Origin: Accumulibacter sp.
GTDB lineage: Bacteria; Pseudomonadota; Gammaproteobacteria; Burkholderiales; Rhodocyclaceae
DNA: 64,000 nucleotides
Direction of reading: 5' to 3'
Assembly: GCA_020049495.1 (NCBI GenBank)
Contig: JAIFKU010000082.1
Location: 10,487-74,486, forward strand
This document shows, one piece after another, positions 34,210-44,332 of this stretch. Position numbers and translations under genes: made by a program. How positions within the stretch are numbered: position 1 is the first letter of the stretch; each line of letters opens with the position of its first letter. The notes under the pieces are model-generated. The model searched no databases, was not told the origin of the DNA, and saw nothing but the letters and a program-made list of their open reading frames with translations.

Positions 34210-35124
34210 ATGTTTGATATTTTTTTCGTTCAGCAACTGGTGAACGGCCTTTCGGTCGGCTTCATCTACGCGTTGATGGCTATCGGTTTCACGTTGATTT
34301 TCGGTGTGCTCAATGTAGTTAACTTCGCCCATGGCGAGGTCTACATGATAGGCGCCTACGCCGGCTGGCTGTCCATCACCATCTTCGCGCCGCCCCTGTT
34401 TGTCGTCATCCTGGTTGCGCTGGCCATCGGCGCGCTGGCCGGTTTCGGACTCGAGCGCATTGCCTTCAAGCCGTTCCGCCGCTTTCGCGACGAAGCCTCG
34501 CTCAAATCCAAGGCCATGCGTGAGGCGACCCTGCTGTCCTCGCTGGCGATCTCGATCATCGTGCGCGAGCTAGCCGAGAAAATATTCGGCTCGAACATGC
34601 AGACGATACCGCAGGACTACCTGCTGCTGACGCCGATCCAGATCGGCCCACTCAGTTTCGCTAGCGGCCAGTTTCTCATCTTTGGTCTGTCGATCGTCAT
34701 GCTCGGCGGTCTGCAATGGCTGCTCAAGCGCACCCAGGTCGGCCTTTCGATACGCGCTGTGGCCAACAATCCGATGGGCGCGACCTACGTCGGCATCAAT
34801 ACCGAGCGCACCATCATCGCCACCTTCGTCATCGGCTCGACGCTGGGCGCTGCCGCTGGTCTTGTCGTCGGGCTCTATCAGGGCGCCATCTTCCCGGCCA
34901 TGGGCTTCGCTCCCGGCATCAAGGCTTTCGTTGCCATGGTCATGGGTGGCCTCTCATCTATTGGTGGTGCGGTCGTCTGCGCGATTATCCTCGGTGTTGC
35001 CGAATCTGTTACCACGAGTTTCTTCGCGCAGGGCTGGGGCGATCTGGTCGCTTACGTGTTCCTGGTCATGACCTTGATCTTTTTTCCGACCGGCCTGTTT
35101 GGCGGCGGCAGGGACAGGGTCTGA
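34210..35124 (+). CDS. HAAT ABC permease (LivH-like)
   Basis: NFAHGE, IRAVA, KAFVAMVMGG. Confidence 0.92.
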   Translation: MFDIFFVQQLVNGLSVGFIYALMAIGFTLIFGVLNVVNFAHGEVYMIGAYAGWLSITIFAPPLFVVILVALAIGALAGFGLERIAFKPFRRFRDEASLKSKAMREATLLSSLAISIIVRELAEKIFGSNMQTIPQDYLLLTPIQIGPLSFASGQFLIFGLSIVMLGGLQWLLKRTQVGLSIRAVANNPMGATYVGINTERTIIATFVIGSTLGAAAGLVVGLYQGAIFPAMGFAPGIKAFVAMVMGGLSSIGGAVVCAIILGVAESVTTSFFAQGWGDLVAYVFLVMTLIFFPTGLFGGGRDRV

Positions 35125-35126
35125 TC

Positions 35127-36116
35127 ATGCGCAGATCACTCTCCATTCTGGTCATTTTTATTGCCATTTTCGTTGTCCTGCCGGGCATCCTCGCGGTGGT
35201 TGGCGGTGGTTACTGGTTCCGCGTCACGACAACCATCGGCGTGTTCGCCATCCTGACCATGAGCGCCAACCTGGTCAGCGGCACCACCGGCCTGATGACG
35301 CTCGGGCACGCCGGTTTCTATGGCATCGGCGCTTATACTGCCGCGCTCCTGGCGACCGGTCTGCACTGGCCTTTTTACCTGACGCTGCCGGTCGCCGGTG
35401 CAGTCACCGCCTGTTTCGGTATCCTGCTGGCGCTGCCGACCATGCGCCTGATCGGAATTTACTTCGCCGTGGCGACCTTGGGCCTCGGCGAGATCATTCA
35501 CCTGACGCTGCTCAACTGGGTCGGATTCACGCGCGGGCCGATGGGTATCTCGGCGATACCGGGCATCGCGCTCGACGGCCTGTTCGCCGCTTCCGACATG
35601 GGCAATTACTACGCGGTGGCGATTACCGCCGCGCTCACCGCTTTTGTGCTCGGGCGACTGGCACATTCCTACTACGGCAACGCCTTGCGCGCCGTGCGCG
35701 AGGATGACCAGTGTGCGGCTTCGATGGGACTCAACGTGGTGCGCCTGAAAATCCAGTCCTTCGCCTTTGCCTGTTTCTTTGCCGGGGTAGCTGGCGCGCT
35801 CTGGGCGCATACCACCGGTTATATTTCCCCCGGGGATTTCCGCTTTTCGGAGTCCATCCTGATCCTCGCCATGATCGTCGTCGGTGGCCTCGGCAGTCTG
35901 CCCGGTGCAATCGTCGGTGCGGTGATCCTGCTCGGCTTGCCTGAGGTGCTGCGGCCGATCGGCGATTACCGAATGATCGTCGTCGGCGCCGTGATGTTCC
36001 TGTCGATTCTTTTCCTGCCGCGCGGTCTGCTCGGCGAGACTTCGGTTTTGTCGTTGATGCGCAGGCAGTTCGGCCTGGCCTGGGACAACGCCAAGCAACT
36101 CGGGTGGCGACAATGA
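35127..36116 (+). CDS. HAAT ABC permease (LivM-like)
   Basis: LGHAGFYGIGAY, YFAVATLG, RAVRED, VVGGLGS; start moved to ATG 35127. Confidence 0.92.
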   Translation: MRRSLSILVIFIAIFVVLPGILAVVGGGYWFRVTTTIGVFAILTMSANLVSGTTGLMTLGHAGFYGIGAYTAALLATGLHWPFYLTLPVAGAVTACFGILLALPTMRLIGIYFAVATLGLGEIIHLTLLNWVGFTRGPMGISAIPGIALDGLFAASDMGNYYAVAITAALTAFVLGRLAHSYYGNALRAVREDDQCAASMGLNVVRLKIQSFAFACFFAGVAGALWAHTTGYISPGDFRFSESILILAMIVVGGLGSLPGAIVGAVILLGLPEVLRPIGDYRMIVVGAVMFLSILFLPRGLLGETSVLSLMRRQFGLAWDNAKQLGWRQ

Positions 36117-36880
36117 CTACACCTTTACTGGACATCCGCAATGCCACCCGTCGTTTCGGCGGACTGCTGGCGGTTGATGACTTCTCGGGCGTCGTCCAGC
36201 GCGGCGAACGCGTCGGGCTGATCGGACCCAACGGCGCCGGCAAGACGACCGTTTTCAACCTGATCACCGGCTTCTTCCCGCTGACTTCGGGCAACATTCT
36301 TTTCGACGATACTGACATCTCGCAAATGAAGTCCTTCCAGGTGGCCCGCCTCGGCATCGCGCGCACCTTCCAGAACCTGCGTGTGATGCCCAACCTGACG
36401 GTCTTCGACAACGTGTCGATCGGCGCACTCGGTGCGATCGGCCATTCGCCGGCGAAGGCGCTGTTCAATCACCGCAAGTATGCCGAGGACATAAGCCGGC
36501 GTACCTGGGAGACGCTCGAGCGCGCCGGTCTGCAGGATGAGGCTGGCGAACTGGCGGCGAATCTCTCGTACGGCAAGCGCAAGTATCTGGAGATCGCCCG
36601 TGCGCTGGCCTTGTCGCCACGCCTGCTGATCCTCGATGAACCGGCGGCCGGCCTTAACGATACCGAGACCGCGCAGCTCTCCGATTTCGTGCGCAAGCTC
36701 TCGAACGAGGGCTTGACCCTTTTACTGGTTGAACACGACATGGCTTTCGTGATGAATCTATGCGAGCGCGTTATGGTCATGGCTTCGGGACGCAAGATCG
36801 CCGACGGCACGCCGCAGCAGGTGTCAAGTGATCCGGTCGTTCTCGAAGCCTATCTGGGCAGCGAAGAGGAGGCCGCATGA
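36113..36880 (+). CDS. HAAT ABC ATPase (LivG-like)
   Basis: GPNGAGKT, LSYG, LDEPAAG, VEHD. Confidence 0.93.
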   Translation: MTTPLLDIRNATRRFGGLLAVDDFSGVVQRGERVGLIGPNGAGKTTVFNLITGFFPLTSGNILFDDTDISQMKSFQVARLGIARTFQNLRVMPNLTVFDNVSIGALGAIGHSPAKALFNHRKYAEDISRRTWETLERAGLQDEAGELAANLSYGKRKYLEIARALALSPRLLILDEPAAGLNDTETAQLSDFVRKLSNEGLTLLLVEHDMAFVMNLCERVMVMASGRKIADGTPQQVSSDPVVLEAYLGSEEEAA

Positions 36881-37602
36881 GCGCGACCAATCTACTCCAG
36901 ATCGCCGACCTGCAAGTGCGCATGGGCGAACAGACCATCCTCAACGGCATTTCGCTGCACGTTCCGGTCGGCGGCATCGTCACCGTGCTGGGCAGCAACG
37001 GGGTTGGCAAGACGACGCTGATGCGTGCAATTTCGGGTGTTTACCGCGCCACGGCGGGAAGCATACGCTTTGAAGACAGCGAAATTTCGCAATGGCCTTC
37101 GCATCGCATCGTCGCCGCAGGCTTGGCCCAGGCCCCTGAAGGGCGGCAGATTTTTTCATCGATGAGCGTCGCCGAAAACCTGCGCATAGGTGCCGTCGGA
37201 TTGTCGCCCGAAGCGCTGGCCGAGGAACTTGAAAAGCAGCTCGATCGTTTCCCCATCCTGCGCGAGCGTTACCAGCAGAGCGCCGGCACCTTGTCCGGCG
37301 GTGAGCAACAAATGCTATGCATCGCCCGCGCGCTGATGTCGCGACCGAAACTCCTGCTGATGGACGAACCCTCGCTCGGTCTCGCGCCCAAAGTCGTGCG
37401 CATGATCTTCGACCTGATCAGCCATATCCGCATCGAAGGGCATTCGGTATTGCTCGTCGAACAGAACGCCAGAGCCGCGCTGCGTGTCGCCGATTACGCT
37501 TACGTCATGGATGGCGGGCGTATCGTGATCGAAGGCGTGAGCGCTGAGTTAGCCAACGATGCGCGGGTACGCGCCGCCTATCTCGGCGGTCATGCGGCCT
37601 GA
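36877..37602 (+). CDS. HAAT ABC ATPase (LivF-like)
   Basis: GSNGVGKT, LSGGEQQM, DEPSLGL, VEQN. Confidence 0.93.
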   Translation: MSATNLLQIADLQVRMGEQTILNGISLHVPVGGIVTVLGSNGVGKTTLMRAISGVYRATAGSIRFEDSEISQWPSHRIVAAGLAQAPEGRQIFSSMSVAENLRIGAVGLSPEALAEELEKQLDRFPILRERYQQSAGTLSGGEQQMLCIARALMSRPKLLLMDEPSLGLAPKVVRMIFDLISHIRIEGHSVLLVEQNARAALRVADYAYVMDGGRIVIEGVSAELANDARVRAAYLGGHAA

Positions 37603-37641
37603 GCGCCTGCTTTCAAGGAGCCACCGATCAGATCCCGCAGC

Positions 37642-37726
37642 GTCATTCCGGCGCAAGCGACCGCAGGAAGTGCAGAGCCCGGAATCCAGAGCCACGGCAC
37701 TGGACACCGGCTTGCACCGGTGTGAC
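37642..37726. repeat. Palindromic core of the MITE/REP-like element
   Basis: gtcattccggcgcaagc...ccggaatccag...ctggacaccggcttgcaccggtgtgac has the same architecture as the 18064 copy. Confidence 0.65.
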
Positions 37727-37766
37727 GGCTTATTGAGAATTCCGCCAAAACTACAGCCGAGGGCAT

Positions 37767-38771
37767 ATGAAAAAATTTCTAAACGTTCCTGAAAATTTCG
37801 TTGATGAGATGCTCGAAGGCATTTACGCCGCCCATCCGCAGCAGCTCGCCTGTGCCGCCGGCGATCTGCGCTGTATCGTCAGTGCACGCCCGGTCAAAGG
37901 CAAGGTCGGAATCGCCACCGGCGGCGGCTCGGGTCATCTGCCGCTCTTTCTCGGCTATGTCGGCACCGGCCTGCTCGACGGTTGCGCGGTCGGCGGCGTA
38001 TTCCAGTCACCGAGCGCCGATCAGATGCTTGAAGTGACCAGGGCCATCAACCAGGGCGCCGGCGCACTTTATATCTATGGCAATTACAGCGGCGACATCA
38101 TGAATTTCGATATGGCCGCTGAAATGGCCGATCTGGAAGGCATCAAGGTGCTCTCTCTGGTCGGTAACGACGACGTCGCATCGTCGCCCAAAGGACAGGA
38201 ACACAAGCGCCGTGGAGTTGCCGGAATATTTTTCATCTACAAGGCGGCCGGCGCCGCTGCCGCTGAAGGCATGGCGCTCGACGAGGTCAAGCGGGTCGCC
38301 GAAAAAGTCAAAGCCAACGTGCGCACCATGGGCGTCGCGCTGACATCATGCATTGTCCCCGAAGTCGGGCACGCGTCGTTTTCGATCGGTGAAAACGAAA
38401 TGGAAATCGGCATGGGCATCCACGGCGAGCCCGGAATCCGGCGTGGCGCGCTGCGCCAGGCCGATGAAGTCGTCGATGAAATGATGCAGCCCATCCTGGC
38501 CGACCTTCCCTTCGTCCGCGGTGACGAAGTCGCGGTACTGGTCAACGGCCTGGGCGCGACACCGAAAGAGGAACTCTATGTAATCTTTCGCCGCGTCGCG
38601 TCTATCCTCAAGGAAGCTGGAATTGCTGTCTTCCACGTTTACGTCGGCGAGTACGCGACGTCGATGGAAATGGCCGGCGCGTCGATCTCGCTGCTCAAGC
38701 TCGACGACGAAACCAGGCGGCTGCTCGCGCGGCCGGCGCAGTCGCCTTTCTTCGAGCAGCAACAGCTTTAA
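37767..38771 (+). CDS. DhaK-family kinase substrate-binding subunit (copy 1, divergent)
   Basis: GGGSGHLP, NYSGD, RRGVAG, GMGIHGEPG, NGLGATP. Confidence 0.88.
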   Translation: MKKFLNVPENFVDEMLEGIYAAHPQQLACAAGDLRCIVSARPVKGKVGIATGGGSGHLPLFLGYVGTGLLDGCAVGGVFQSPSADQMLEVTRAINQGAGALYIYGNYSGDIMNFDMAAEMADLEGIKVLSLVGNDDVASSPKGQEHKRRGVAGIFFIYKAAGAAAAEGMALDEVKRVAEKVKANVRTMGVALTSCIVPEVGHASFSIGENEMEIGMGIHGEPGIRRGALRQADEVVDEMMQPILADLPFVRGDEVAVLVNGLGATPKEELYVIFRRVASILKEAGIAVFHVYVGEYATSMEMAGASISLLKLDDETRRLLARPAQSPFFEQQQL

Positions 38772-38838
38772 ATGCCGTCATTCCGGCGAAATTCGCTGGT
38801 GCAACGAATAATTACACAGCACAGGAGGGGGCGGCGGC

Positions 38839-39483
38839 ATGGACAGCATAGGCAAGGCGGAACTGGTTCCGCTCTTCGCAAGTCTGCGTGACGTTTTCAT
38901 TTCCCAGCGCGACTATCTGATTGATCTCGACGGCAAGGTCGGCGACAGCGACCTCGGACTGACGATGAACAAGGCTTTCCTTGCCGCCTACGAATCGGTG
39001 AGCGCCAATAGCGCGGATGCGGTCGGCCGTACCCTGCAACTGGCCGGCATGGCCATGGCCAAGGCGGCGCCATCGACCATGGGGACTCTCGTTGCTACCG
39101 GTTTCATGCGTGGCGGCAAAGCCCTTGAATCGTTTTCGTCAATTGGAAGCGCTGAGATGTCTCTTTTCTGGGCCGCTTTTCTGAACGGAGTCATCGAAAG
39201 GGGTAAGGCCAAACGCGGGGACAAGACATTGATCGATGTACTCGCTCCCGTTTCCGAGTCCCTTGGAACTTCCGTGGCCTGCGCGGCAACTCTTCCCGAA
39301 GCACTGGCCAGAGCTGCCGAGGCCGCCGCCAAAGGGCTTGATGCCACGAAAGGGATGATCGCCCAGCACGGAAAGGCGGCCTGTTTCCAGGAAAAGACCC
39401 TGGGACTCCAGGATGCAGGGGCAACTGTGGGTTTTCTCATCGTTGATACCCTGCGTGCGTTTGTTGCAGAACGAAAGAAGTAA
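38839..39483 (+). CDS. DhaL-family ADP-binding subunit (copy 1, divergent)
   Basis: LDGKVGDSDLG, GDKTLID, QDAGA. Confidence 0.86.
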   Translation: MDSIGKAELVPLFASLRDVFISQRDYLIDLDGKVGDSDLGLTMNKAFLAAYESVSANSADAVGRTLQLAGMAMAKAAPSTMGTLVATGFMRGGKALESFSSIGSAEMSLFWAAFLNGVIERGKAKRGDKTLIDVLAPVSESLGTSVACAATLPEALARAAEAAAKGLDATKGMIAQHGKAACFQEKTLGLQDAGATVGFLIVDTLRAFVAERKK

Positions 39484-39574
39484 TTCCCAGATCATCATCC
39501 TGGTCTGACACGAAGAGGCTCTTCGTGCAGTATTACCGCGGGCTGGAAAGCCGCGATTAAGGTTGAATCAAGGC

Positions 39575-40438
39575 ATGCGCAGACATCTTCAGGGCATCGA
39601 CCACGTCGTCATTGCCGTTGCCAATCTGGATCAGGCCGAGGCGGATTTTCGCCGACTCGGCTTTACGTTGACCCCACGCGGGCGCCACACGATGGGATCG
39701 GAAAACCACTGTGTGATGTTTCCGGATGACTATTACGAGTTGCTGGCTGTGCCGGCGGATCATCCGCTCACGCGCTATTACAGCGATTTTCTTGGTGCGG
39801 GTGATGGTCTTGCGGCGCTGGCACTGAAGACAGATGATGCAGCTGGCTTTCATGCCGAATTGCAGAGTTCCGGGATTGGTGTCGATGCCCCGGTGGACTT
39901 TTCGCGCCCGGTGGCCTTGCCTGAAGGCGAGCGTGATGCGGCATTCCGCATTGCGCAGGTGGATATCGCTGAAACGCCGGGCGGGCGAACCTTTGCTTGT
40001 CAGCACTTCACCCGCGATGTCGTCTGGCGTTCTGAATATCTGGCACATGCGAATGGAGCAATCGGCTTGCAGGGAATCAGTGTGCTGACCAGTGAAATGT
40101 GCTTTGGCGAGGTGCGCACGGCCTACGATCGTCTCTTTGATCGCGCTTCGGAAGGGCGGGGTGAACAAGGAACTTCCTGGCGGATGGCCACGGGCGATAC
40201 CCCAATTCGCATGTTTACTCCCGCCAGCTTTGCCGATGAATACTGTGGTCTCGAGGCTGGCAAACGTGTTCCACCCTTCTTTGCTGCTCTGCATTTCCGG
40301 GTACGCTCTGTCGAGTATACCCGCCGGGTGCTGGATCTGGCGGGAATGGAATTTATCTTGAGACCAGATGGCTCGCTTGCCGTCGCGTCTGCGCTGACCC
40401 ATGGTCTGGTCATTATCTTTACGGAACTGCCCGCATGA
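39575..40438 (+). CDS. VOC/glyoxalase-like family protein
   Basis: IDHVVIAV, GF...PRGRH..GSEN, YYELL, HANGA. Confidence 0.8.
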   Translation: MRRHLQGIDHVVIAVANLDQAEADFRRLGFTLTPRGRHTMGSENHCVMFPDDYYELLAVPADHPLTRYYSDFLGAGDGLAALALKTDDAAGFHAELQSSGIGVDAPVDFSRPVALPEGERDAAFRIAQVDIAETPGGRTFACQHFTRDVVWRSEYLAHANGAIGLQGISVLTSEMCFGEVRTAYDRLFDRASEGRGEQGTSWRMATGDTPIRMFTPASFADEYCGLEAGKRVPPFFAALHFRVRSVEYTRRVLDLAGMEFILRPDGSLAVASALTHGLVIIFTELPA

Positions 40439-41610
40439 ACATCAACATCAAGCCCCGTTTGCAAGAGTTGTTGCCGGAACTGACTGCCTGGCGTCGCGAT
40501 TTCCATGCCCACCCGGAGATAGCCTTCGAGGTAGTCCGGACTTCGGCGCGCGTCGCAGAATTGCTTCAGTCCTTCGGGCTGGAGGTGCATACCGGCATCG
40601 GTCGCACCGGCGTGGTCGGCGTCCTGCGCGCCGGCAGCAGCCCGCGCAGCGTTGGTTTGCGGGCCGATATGGATGCTCTGCATGTGCAGGAAAGCAACGA
40701 CTTCGCGCATCGTTCGCAGCACGCCGGGCGCATGCATGCCTGTGGCCACGATGGCCATACCACGATGCTGCTGGGCGCCGCCAGATATCTGGCCGAGACG
40801 CGCGACTTTGACGGTACGATCAATTTCATTTTCCAGCCCGCCGAAGAGAACGAAGGCGGGGGTCGGGAGATGGTCGAAGATGGGCTCTTCGAGCGCTTTC
40901 CCTGCGCGGCAGTATACGGGCTACACAACTGGCCCGGTATGCCGGTCGGGCACTTCGGCGTGATGTCCGGCCCGATGATGGCGTCGTACGACATCTTCGA
41001 AATTGTGCTCAAAGGTCGTGGCGCGCATGCCGCCATGCCACACAACGGTATCGACCCGATAACTCTGGCCGCCACACTCGTGCATGAATTGCAAACCATT
41101 GTCAGCCGCAATGTGCCGCCTGTGGATGCGGCCGTGGTCAGCGTGACGCAGATTCACGGCGGCGATACCTGGAACGTGATCCCACCGGAAGTGGTGCTGC
41201 GCGGTACAACACGCACTTTCAAGCCGGAAGTGCAGGATCTGGTTGAGCAACGGATGCGGCGAATTTGCGAAGGACTGGCGGTTACCCACGAAGCGGAGAT
41301 ATCTCTGCGCTATGAGAGGCGCTATCCTCCGACGATCAACGCCACACGCGAAGCGCAAATCGCTGCCGAGGCAATGATTGCCGTAGCGGGAGCCGGGAAT
41401 GTCCACTCCGATCTGCAGCCCACCATGGGTGCGGAGGATTTCGCCTTTATGTTGCAGAAACGTCCTGGCGCCTACGGCTGGATCGGTAACGGCCCCGGCG
41501 CTTCGGATTGCCTGCTGCACAACCCCGGCTACGACTTCAACGACGAAATCCTGCCTTTGGGCGCAAGCTACTGGGTGTCACTTGCGGAGCGAGTACTGAA
41601 GCGAGATTAG
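40435..41610 (+). CDS. M20D family amidohydrolase (aminoacylase/hippurate hydrolase-like)
   Basis: RADMDAL, HACGHDGH, QPAEE, HNWP, GAEDF, LHNP. Confidence 0.92.
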   Translation: MNINIKPRLQELLPELTAWRRDFHAHPEIAFEVVRTSARVAELLQSFGLEVHTGIGRTGVVGVLRAGSSPRSVGLRADMDALHVQESNDFAHRSQHAGRMHACGHDGHTTMLLGAARYLAETRDFDGTINFIFQPAEENEGGGREMVEDGLFERFPCAAVYGLHNWPGMPVGHFGVMSGPMMASYDIFEIVLKGRGAHAAMPHNGIDPITLAATLVHELQTIVSRNVPPVDAAVVSVTQIHGGDTWNVIPPEVVLRGTTRTFKPEVQDLVEQRMRRICEGLAVTHEAEISLRYERRYPPTINATREAQIAAEAMIAVAGAGNVHSDLQPTMGAEDFAFMLQKRPGAYGWIGNGPGASDCLLHNPGYDFNDEILPLGASYWVSLAERVLKRD

Positions 41611-41710
41611 TTTGCGGTGACCATTAAGCAAGATAAAAGAATTGATTTTGGATTTTCTGGAGTCTGAATTGCCGTCGCTGAAATACTGTTTCAGCAAATT
41701 TGATCCGTGA

Positions 41711-43483
41711 CTATTCCTGATCGATCCCCATTTCTTTCAGCTTGCGATAGAGCGTGGAAAGGCTGATGCCCAAGGCCTCTGCGGCCCGCCGCTTGGCGGC
41801 AACCGATGACCCGAATTCCGATAAAACGCTCCGGATTAATTCGCTCTCGGCCAGATGGAGCGTAGAAACCGGCGTTTGTTGAACTTTAACTTCTCTTTTT
41901 TCGAGAATTTTGGAAGGTAAACTGTTCGTGGTGATATAAGCCGAAGGTTCCACATTGATCGCGTACTCGATTACATTGGCGAGTTCCCGAACGTTCCCTT
42001 TCCATCGACAGGACAATAACGCGCTTTCTGCGTCTGCCGTAAAGCCTTTTAATTTCTTGTTCAATTTAGCGTTGTATTGCTTCAGAAGAAAGGACAAAAG
42101 CATGCGTACATCACCCGGTCGGCTTCTAAGCGGTGGTATATGTAACGGGATGACATTGATTCTGTAATAAAGATCTTCCCGGAATTCACCACGATCAACC
42201 ATGCCTTCAAGATCCTTGTTGGTCGCCGTAATCAGGCGAACATCGACAACCAGGCTTTTGTGTCCACCGAGCTTTTCCACTGTCTTTTCTTGAATAACGC
42301 GCAGTAGTTTCGGTTGCAAATGCAGGGGCATGTCGCCGATTTCGTCAAGAAAAATTGTTCCGCCATGCGCCAGCTGAAATTTTCCAGGACGGCCTCCACG
42401 CGAGGCGCCGGTGAACGAACCTTCTTCATAGCCGAATAACTCGCTTTCAATCAGCGCCTCAGGCATGGCAGCGCAATTGATGGCGATGAACGGATTCTTG
42501 TTCCTCGGACTGCTGTGATGAATGGCTCGAGCAAAAAGTTCTTTTCCGGTTCCGCTTTCTCCGGTAATCAGGATGCTGGAATTTCCTGTGGCGACCCTGA
42601 GAGCTGTATCCTTGAGTTGGATCATTGCCGGACTGTCGCCGATGATCTGCTCAAATGAAGTGGATAAGGAGGTGTTGGTCAGTTTATTGATGACCTTGAA
42701 AACATCCTCCATTTTTTTCAGAACGATGATCGATCCGGCATTCTTGTCCTCAAGGATAACGGGACTGCCAGAAATAAGAGAATGCACGTCAAGATCTGGG
42801 GTGCTGAGGTGTAATTCGATGTTGTTGAATTCGGTCCCATTGTTTATCAGGGCTGTAACGTAAGGGACGGCGAAAATACCGGCAATATCCTTTCCGATCA
42901 GTTCTTCATGTTTGGAATTAAGGATTTCTTCGAACACCGAATTCAGATAGACGATACGCCCGTTCTCATCGGTGGCAGCGATACCTTCGTCGATGGCATC
43001 CATGATGGAAATCAATTGGTTTTTGGCGACAGTTAACTTCGTCGTCGCTTCTTTCTCACGCAGCTTGCTGACGATAAGATCAGCCATACGTTCGGTAAAC
43101 TCGATCAGATTCTTCTGATTCTCCAGCAGTCTTTCTCTGGAAGACTCCGTAATGGCGATGAGGCCGATCGCGCCTATACGTGTTCCCAGGTAGTGGATGG
43201 GAACACAGATCATGGCTTCAAGATTGCAATTTTCCTGAATTCCGCAGGATGAACAATGTTCGCTATCCGCTTTCCCCCGAATGACCTTTGTGATACCGGT
43301 CTTGATAACGTTGCCAATTACATAGTTGTCCTTGATCTCCGTCACTTCGAGTTTGTAGTGCTTCTTTGTATCGCCGATTATCTGGTAATCGGTGTCCGAG
43401 ATGATGACGTCAATATCCAGAACACTGGCTATCGCTTCCGATACCTGCTGGACAGCATCACGTATATCTAACAGCCCGGTCAT
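41711..43483 (-). CDS. sigma54-dependent enhancer-binding activator (GAF-like/PAS-AAA+-HTH)
   Basis: GESGTGKE, ESELFGYEEGSFTGA, FLDEIGD, W.GNVREL, C-terminal LYRKL HTH. Confidence 0.93.
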   Translation of the reverse strand: MTGLLDIRDAVQQVSEAIASVLDIDVIISDTDYQIIGDTKKHYKLEVTEIKDNYVIGNVIKTGITKVIRGKADSEHCSSCGIQENCNLEAMICVPIHYLGTRIGAIGLIAITESSRERLLENQKNLIEFTERMADLIVSKLREKEATTKLTVAKNQLISIMDAIDEGIAATDENGRIVYLNSVFEEILNSKHEELIGKDIAGIFAVPYVTALINNGTEFNNIELHLSTPDLDVHSLISGSPVILEDKNAGSIIVLKKMEDVFKVINKLTNTSLSTSFEQIIGDSPAMIQLKDTALRVATGNSSILITGESGTGKELFARAIHHSSPRNKNPFIAINCAAMPEALIESELFGYEEGSFTGASRGGRPGKFQLAHGGTIFLDEIGDMPLHLQPKLLRVIQEKTVEKLGGHKSLVVDVRLITATNKDLEGMVDRGEFREDLYYRINVIPLHIPPLRSRPGDVRMLLSFLLKQYNAKLNKKLKGFTADAESALLSCRWKGNVRELANVIEYAINVEPSAYITTNSLPSKILEKREVKVQQTPVSTLHLAESELIRSVLSEFGSSVAAKRRAAEALGISLSTLYRKLKEMGIDQE

Positions 43484-43625
43484 TGATTTTCGCTTGGATT
43501 GAATTGGGGAAAGCAATAACTATACGGATCTTTATTGCTTCACGCACTATATCGATCGTGTAGGCCGCCTCTTTGCCTGTGAGAATTCGAAGGCTGCGCG
43601 AATCATGGCGCAGCGTCCAAAATAG

Positions 43626-43657
43626 ATAAGCTCAGCACGTTTCCATGCTGAGCTTAT
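43626..43657 (-). terminator. Probable intrinsic terminator after dhaK2-dhaL2
   Basis: ataagctcagca-N8-tgctgagcttat, perfect 12-bp stem followed by a T-rich run on the minus strand. Confidence 0.6.
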
Positions 43658-43674
43658 GAAGAGAGGCAAGGAAA

Positions 43675-44307
43675 CTATTTGACGTAATCAGCGAAAACCT
43701 GGAACAACATCTGAATCGCTGTTGCCCCTGGATCCTGATGACCCAATCCGCGTTCGCCGACGTAGTGTGCTCTTCCTCTGTTAGCAATCATCTTTTTCGT
43801 GTCCTCCACACCTTGTGCAGCCGCAGCATACGCTTCGGAGAGCGCTGCCTTCAACGAAGATCCTTTTGCGGCAGCTGCTACAAGTGCCATCGTGGCCGGT
43901 TCCAGCGCATCAATCAGTGTTTTATCCCCAGCGTTGGATTTTCCCAAGGCTTTGACTCCGGCCAGACTCGCAGAAAACATGCTGGCCAGTTCTTGCACTC
44001 CGATGTCCGACTTGTTTCCTAGTTCCTTGCCGGCTTTCATGAAGATCGTACCAAAAAGCGGGCCTGAAGCTCCACCCATGGACTTTACCAAAGTGATGCC
44101 GGTTTTGCCAAGGGCCATCCCGCTTGTCACCAAACCCAGTTCCGGAATGATTTTTTCGACTGCCGAAAAACCACCGGAAATGCTTGTGCCGAAGTCGGCA
44201 TCCCCCAGTTTCCCATCCAATTCATTCAAGTAGTCACGGTTGGGAATAATCAGCTTCGAGAAATCAGTAATGATATTCACAACATCGATGGCGGTTAATT
44301 TTTCCAC
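43675..44307 (-). CDS. dhaL: Dihydroxyacetone kinase subunit L (copy 2, canonical)
   Basis: GDADFG, GGASGPLFG, GDKTLIDAL, GRAHYVGER, DPGA; GTG start at 44307. Confidence 0.88.
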   Translation of the reverse strand: MEKLTAIDVVNIITDFSKLIIPNRDYLNELDGKLGDADFGTSISGGFSAVEKIIPELGLVTSGMALGKTGITLVKSMGGASGPLFGTIFMKAGKELGNKSDIGVQELASMFSASLAGVKALGKSNAGDKTLIDALEPATMALVAAAAKGSSLKAALSEAYAAAAQGVEDTKKMIANRGRAHYVGERGLGHQDPGATAIQMLFQVFADYVK

Positions 44308-44332
44308 TTGTCTCAACCTTTCTCTGCGGGTC

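Noticed and set aside
34716-35126. N-terminal extension of the LivM-like ORF
   Set aside because: Out-of-frame overlap with the LivH-like gene; the real start is ATG 35127.
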